Made by a program: the position numbers and the translations under genes
In this document: one piece after another, positions 59,501 to 64,000 of the stretch
How the letters are laid out: every line of letters starts with the position of its first letter
Position numbering within the stretch: the first letter of the stretch is position 1
The notes under the pieces: model-generated
Told to the model about the DNA's origin: nothing
The model's database searches: none
What the model saw: the letters and a program-made list of their open reading frames with translations, nothing else
Origin: Candidatus Hydrogenedentota bacterium
GTDB taxonomy: Bacteria; Hydrogenedentota; Hydrogenedentia; Hydrogenedentales; SLHB01
Length of the DNA: 64,000 nt
Direction of reading: 5' to 3'
Assembly: GCA_963674865.2 (NCBI GenBank)
Contig: CAXXYE010000004.1
Span: forward strand, 576,001 to 640,000

Positions 59501-61009
59501 ATGACATTCCCTATGAGCGACATGCAAGAATCCCCCAAGAAAACGGCTCGCTACATCGCCTTCGACCTGGGCGCGGAGAGTTCAAGGGCCATCGTCGGCG
59601 CCTTCACTCAGGATAGACTGGAAATTGAAGAACTCCACCGATTTCCAAGCCGCAACATCGTGGTGCGGGGGACGCGCCAGTGGGACATTCTCTACTTCTA
59701 CGGTGAGATGCTCGAGGCGCTGCGCCGCTATAGCGCCAAATACGGCCACGATCTGGCAGGCATCGGCGTAGACACATGGGGGGTGGACTTCGGCGTGCTG
59801 GGCGCGAGCGGGCAGCTCCTCGCCAATCCTGTCCACTACCGAGACCACCGCACCGACGGCATCTTGGATGAGGCGTTCCACGTGGTGCCGCGGCAATCCA
59901 TCTATGCACAGACGGGCATTCAGTTCATGCCCCTCAATTCGCTTTTCCAGTGCTGGGCCATGCTCAAGGAAACGCCCGAACTCCTCCGCGAGGCCGGCAC
60001 CCTTCTGCTCATGCCCGACCTGTTCAATTACTTCTTCACGGGATTCCGCGCCTCCGAGTACACCATCGCCAGCACCACCCAAATGCTCGACGTGCATCAG
60101 CGCCAGTGGTGCCGGCCTCTACTCGAAGCCTTCTCGCTGCCTCTCGACATCATGCCCGAGATCATTCCGCCCTGCACCGTTGTCGGGCCGCTCGATCCGG
60201 ATATCGCGCGCGATGTCGGGCTCCACACAACGGAAGTCATCGCCCCGTGCTGCCACGACACCGGCTCCGCAGTGGCCGCCATTCCCGCCGAAGGCGGCGA
60301 TTGGGCCTACATCTCCTGCGGTACGTGGTCGCTCATGGGCGCGGAACTTTCTGAACCCATCACTTCGGATAAGGCCCTCGAATACAACTTCACCAACGAA
60401 GGCGGCATCGGCAACACGATCCGCTTTCTCAAGAACATCATGGGCCTATGGGTGCTTCAGCAGTGCCGGGCTGCCTGGACGCGCCGCGGCGAGGAGCATA
60501 GTTACGCAACACTGACCGATATGGCGCATTCCGAGGCGCCCTTCCAGGTCATCATCGACGTGGACGACCCCTCCTTCCTCAATCCGGAGGATATGCTCGA
60601 AGCCATCGCCGCCCACTGCTCCGCCACGGGCCAGCACCCACCCGAGAGTATCGGTGCAACGGTACGGGCCGTCCTCGAGGGACTTGCCATCCGCTATGCC
60701 GTCTGCCTCGAAAACCTCGAGGACGTCACGGGCAAACGGGTCGAGCGTATCCACATGGCTGGGGGAGGCATTCAGAACGAGCTGCTCTGCCAGTTCGCGA
60801 GCAACGCTACGGGCCGCCCCGTCGTGGCCGGCCCCATTGAAGCTACGGCTATCGGCAACCTCATTGCCCAGGCCATGGCCACTGGAAGGCTGGCCGACCA
60901 CGCCGAAGCCCGGCGCCTCATCGCCCGCTCCACGGCGCCCAAGGCCTATGAGCCGGCCGACACGGACAAATGGCGAGCCGTCATCGAGCGCTTCAAGAAA
61001 GGCCTCTGA
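59501..61009 (+). CDS. rhaB: Rhamnulokinase (FGGY family)
   Basis: DLGAESSR, GVDTWGVDF, HDTGSA, SCGTWSLMG, FTNEGG, KNIMGLW, GPIEATAIGN. Confidence 0.92.
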   Translation: MTFPMSDMQESPKKTARYIAFDLGAESSRAIVGAFTQDRLEIEELHRFPSRNIVVRGTRQWDILYFYGEMLEALRRYSAKYGHDLAGIGVDTWGVDFGVLGASGQLLANPVHYRDHRTDGILDEAFHVVPRQSIYAQTGIQFMPLNSLFQCWAMLKETPELLREAGTLLLMPDLFNYFFTGFRASEYTIASTTQMLDVHQRQWCRPLLEAFSLPLDIMPEIIPPCTVVGPLDPDIARDVGLHTTEVIAPCCHDTGSAVAAIPAEGGDWAYISCGTWSLMGAELSEPITSDKALEYNFTNEGGIGNTIRFLKNIMGLWVLQQCRAAWTRRGEEHSYATLTDMAHSEAPFQVIIDVDDPSFLNPEDMLEAIAAHCSATGQHPPESIGATVRAVLEGLAIRYAVCLENLEDVTGKRVERIHMAGGGIQNELLCQFASNATGRPVVAGPIEATAIGNLIAQAMATGRLADHAEARRLIARSTAPKAYEPADTDKWRAVIERFKKGL

Positions 61010-61012
61010 GCG

Positions 61013-61852
61013 CTATGCCTCTAATCCCTTTTCGCACAAGGGCGTAGGCTCAAACGGCGCCCCCATCAAAGCGATAACTGAAGACGGATGGGTTTCCCTC
61101 GAAACCGTCTTCGGTTGCCCGTGCTCCTCGGGGCGGAATAGCGCCACGCGCTCAAACGGCGCATTCAGAGGGATGAGTGGGGGAGGGGCCTGGCCCAAGT
61201 TGCCCATCGCCCGCTCCGCTGCCTCGCGGATCATCTCCCGCGCGCGCACCGGGGGAACATGGACGGCCCCCACATTGCGCCGGCAGTACTCCTCCGTCGT
61301 ACACTCATCACCTGTTCCCGACGTCACACCTCGCTTGACCGCACACGCCGTAATCCCCGGTACAAGCGCCTGGGCCTCTTCCGTGAAAGCCAGATCGCCG
61401 CACGCGAAGAAGGCTGGCACGCCCAACTCCGAGGCGCACATGGCCAACTGGCCGAACTCGCCTATCGAGACGCCATTGACGGCCAAGTCGATGTACCTGA
61501 ATCCCTGCGTGTGGCAGAGATGCCCGAACTCCGTCGATGCCTTCGGATGCTGGCCCACCCACGCGATTCCATCGTAGGTATCATCCAGGCCAAACGGCCA
61601 AACGGATGGGAAACCGCGCGCGTACTCCACGCGGGGATCCAACAACTCCACATCGATCCCGCCGCAGCCATGGCCGTCAGCAACACGGACATAGGTTGCG
61701 CCGCCCGCGTAAAGGCCCGCCACAGCGGCATTTACCTCGAGCGTAAGTAGGCGGCATGCCTTGGCATAGTTCCGGGAATCCACACGGCACCAGTCCTCGG
61801 AGTCAATGACCCCGGCAACGCCCTCCAGATCCGTCATGACGTAGATTTTCAC
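61013..61852 (-). CDS. M55 family D-aminopeptidase (DppA-like)
   Basis: MKIYVMTDLEGVAG, ADGHG, HT, GD motifs. Confidence 0.85.
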   Translation of the reverse strand: MKIYVMTDLEGVAGVIDSEDWCRVDSRNYAKACRLLTLEVNAAVAGLYAGGATYVRVADGHGCGGIDVELLDPRVEYARGFPSVWPFGLDDTYDGIAWVGQHPKASTEFGHLCHTQGFRYIDLAVNGVSIGEFGQLAMCASELGVPAFFACGDLAFTEEAQALVPGITACAVKRGVTSGTGDECTTEEYCRRNVGAVHVPPVRAREMIREAAERAMGNLGQAPPPLIPLNAPFERVALFRPEEHGQPKTVSRETHPSSVIALMGAPFEPTPLCEKGLEA

Positions 61853-62049
61853 TGCTGCCTCTTAACGCAGAGGGCTTGAAGGCCCACTGCTCTCAATCTC
61901 AGACAATTCCTCAGCGGAGGTCAGCCCAAGCCAGAAGCGGCTTCGTTCTCGTCCGCTGTAGAAGGACCCGCTAGGCATGGCCCGGCGCTCCCGATTCTCT
62001 ATGAGTGCCGGGGCCGGTTGAAGGCGGTCTTGGGATAGCTTCCAGTTGC

Positions 62050-63999
62050 CTATTGCGCGTCCAATACCGTTCTGACGCGCGAAAGGAGCACCCCTGGGGC
62101 ATAAGGCTTCTGGATCAACTGCACGCCTTCATCCAATACAAATCGCGTGTGGATGGCGTCCTCGCTGTAGCCGCTGCTAAAGAGCACTTTCATCCCCGGG
62201 CGCAATGCCTTGATGTGTTCATACACCTGTCGGCCGCCCATCTCAGGCATCACAACGTCGAGAATCGCGAGGTCTATTTCGTCGGCATGCTCGTCGAACA
62301 TCTCGACGGCCTCTCGTCCGTTGGACGCGAGCATGACCGTATAACCGCCGCGCCGTAGGACGCGGGCCGTCACCTCTCGCACCATCCGATCGTCCTCGGC
62401 AAGAAGGACAGTCTCAGTGCCGCCCACCACTTCGGAAACGGCCTCCTGCTTGACTTCGACGGCGCGTCTTTCGGTTATGGGAAGGTAGATTTTGAAAACA
62501 CTGCCCTGCCCGAGTTCGCTGTACACCTGAATCATGCCCTCGTGCTGGGCAATAATCCCATAGACGGTTGCCAATCCAAGGCCGGTTCCTTTGTCGACAG
62601 GCTTCGTGGTGAAAAAGGGGTCGAAAACGCGCTTCTGCGTCTCCTCATCCATACCCATGCCCGAATCGGCGACCACCAGCGAAGCGTAGCGCCCCATCTT
62701 TGCCCACGGGTGAGTTTCACAATACTCGCTGTCGATGACCACGTTTTCCGTCTCGATGGTGATCGTGCCGCCTTCCGGCATCGCGTCCCTCGCGTTGACA
62801 CAGAGGTTCGTAAGAACCTGCTCAATCTGCCCCCTGTCGGCGTCAACAGCCCCTAGACCGGGCCCCGGGATGAACTTCAGGCCTATATCTTCACCTATCA
62901 CACGCCGCAGCATCTTCAGAAGGTCTTCCGTAACCTCATTCAGGTCCACAACCTTCAGATCAAGAACCTGCCTTCGACTGAAGGCCAACAACTGACGAAC
63001 CAGATCGGCCGCCCGTTTGGCGCCTCGCTGGATTCCCATGAGGTCCTCGTGGGAATCATCTCCTTCAGGATGCTCCTCAAGCAAAAACGATATCCTGGAT
63101 AGCATCGCTTGGAGGATATTGTTGAAATCGTGGGCCACGCCGCCCGCGAGCTGGCCCACCGCCTCCATGCGCTGCGCCCGGCGCAGTTGCGCATCCAATG
63201 AACGACGTTCGGTAGTATCGTCAATGACGCACACTACGCGCTCGACCTGCCCTCGTGCATCGAACAGCGGCGAGGCGCTGATGCTGAGGATTCTGGATTT
63301 ACCGTCCGGCCACGTGATGGAGTGCTCCACATCATGCACCGGCCGCCCAGTCGCCATAACGAGGCGGAACGGCAGTCGATCATCGGGAAAAGGCCTGCCA
63401 TCCGTGTCGGCGATTCGCCATTCCGGTGCGTTGTATTTTCGGCCCGTCATATCGCTCTCCGTCAGGCCCAGAATCTCCTCCGCCTGACGATTCGCAAGGA
63501 CAATCGTGCCCTCCGCATCCAGGATGGTGACGCCCAAGGGACTGTCCTCGATGATCCGATTCGACAGATCTCGTTCTCTGCGAAGCATCTCCTCCGCCTG
63601 TTTGCGCTCCGTCACATCCACATGCGACCCCACAAACCGAACAGCTTGGCCCATATCGTCAGTGAGCACTGAGCCTCGCGACGCAATCCATCGCCAGGAG
63701 CCGTCTTTGTGGCGAAACCGAAATTCGACCTCGAAGTCGTTACGACACTCGTCGATCGCCTTGTTCACTGCCCCTAAGGCGGCGGAAAGGTCGTCAGGAT
63801 GGACGCGGCTCCGCCATTCCTCAAAGTCATCTGTGATCTCGTCCTCGCCATAGCCGATCTGCGCTTTCCATTCGGTAGAGAAGTGCACCTTATTGGCAGC
63901 AAGATCCCAGTCCCAAAGTCCAATGTTTCCGCCGCGCGCCGTCGCGCGGTAACGTAGGTTGGCTTCCTGAAGGTCATCCTGAGCCTTCTTCCTGGCTGT
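62050..63999 (-). CDS. PAS-domain hybrid sensor histidine kinase / response regulator (5' end outside window)
   Basis: Frame open to the window edge; PAS/PAC domains, GGVAHDFNN, NARDAM, DPFFTTK, GTGLGL, REC domain (DVVMP, KP). Confidence 0.93.
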   Translation of the reverse strand, partial: TARKKAQDDLQEANLRYRATARGGNIGLWDWDLAANKVHFSTEWKAQIGYGEDEITDDFEEWRSRVHPDDLSAALGAVNKAIDECRNDFEVEFRFRHKDGSWRWIASRGSVLTDDMGQAVRFVGSHVDVTERKQAEEMLRRERDLSNRIIEDSPLGVTILDAEGTIVLANRQAEEILGLTESDMTGRKYNAPEWRIADTDGRPFPDDRLPFRLVMATGRPVHDVEHSITWPDGKSRILSISASPLFDARGQVERVVCVIDDTTERRSLDAQLRRAQRMEAVGQLAGGVAHDFNNILQAMLSRISFLLEEHPEGDDSHEDLMGIQRGAKRAADLVRQLLAFSRRQVLDLKVVDLNEVTEDLLKMLRRVIGEDIGLKFIPGPGLGAVDADRGQIEQVLTNLCVNARDAMPEGGTITIETENVVIDSEYCETHPWAKMGRYASLVVADSGMGMDEETQKRVFDPFFTTKPVDKGTGLGLATVYGIIAQHEGMIQVYSELGQGSVFKIYLPITERRAVEVKQEAVSEVVGGTETVLLAEDDRMVREVTARVLRRGGYTVMLASNGREAVEMFDEHADEIDLAILDVVMPEMGGRQVYEHIKALRPGMKVLFSSGYSEDAIHTRFVLDEGVQLIQKPYAPGVLLSRVRTVLDAQ

Positions 64000-64000
64000 A

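Overview
GC-rich bacterial chromosomal window, mostly housekeeping and catabolic genes. The gene repertoire is reminiscent of Ca. Hydrogenedentes or PVC-like metagenome bins, but that is only an impression. It carries two sulfatases, a DegT aminotransferase, several SAM methyltransferases, sigma54-driven dnaK-dnaJ, AmmeMemoRadiSam amrS, a GxxExxY protein, an HNH protein, a TIR-NB-ARC-TPR protein, two GGDEF proteins, a half purH with purD, purC-purF, dxs, mgtE, a GH78 rhamnosidase, trpDCFBA-hisI-pilD-manA, an ECF sigma / zinc-FecR anti-sigma pair, rhaB, dppA and a PAS hybrid kinase. I found no tRNA, rRNA or CRISPR array. The most striking unexplained feature lies just downstream of the ECF sigma/anti-sigma pair: two tandem ~100-120 nt structured elements with covarying closing stems and an identical 43-nt core. 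That core is complementary (about 20 bp with one 4-nt bulge) to the ribosome-binding region of the sigma gene 2 kb upstream, which suggests a sigma / anti-sigma / tandem-sRNA feedback module. The first 23 kb also has many small palindromic repeat families, a nested MITE with a 5-bp target duplication, 9-nt-periodic repeats around the GxxExxY gene, a 316-bp tandem duplication and a microhomology-scrambled sulfatase 3' end that may be an assembly artefact. All product calls come from motif recognition by eye; no database search was run.
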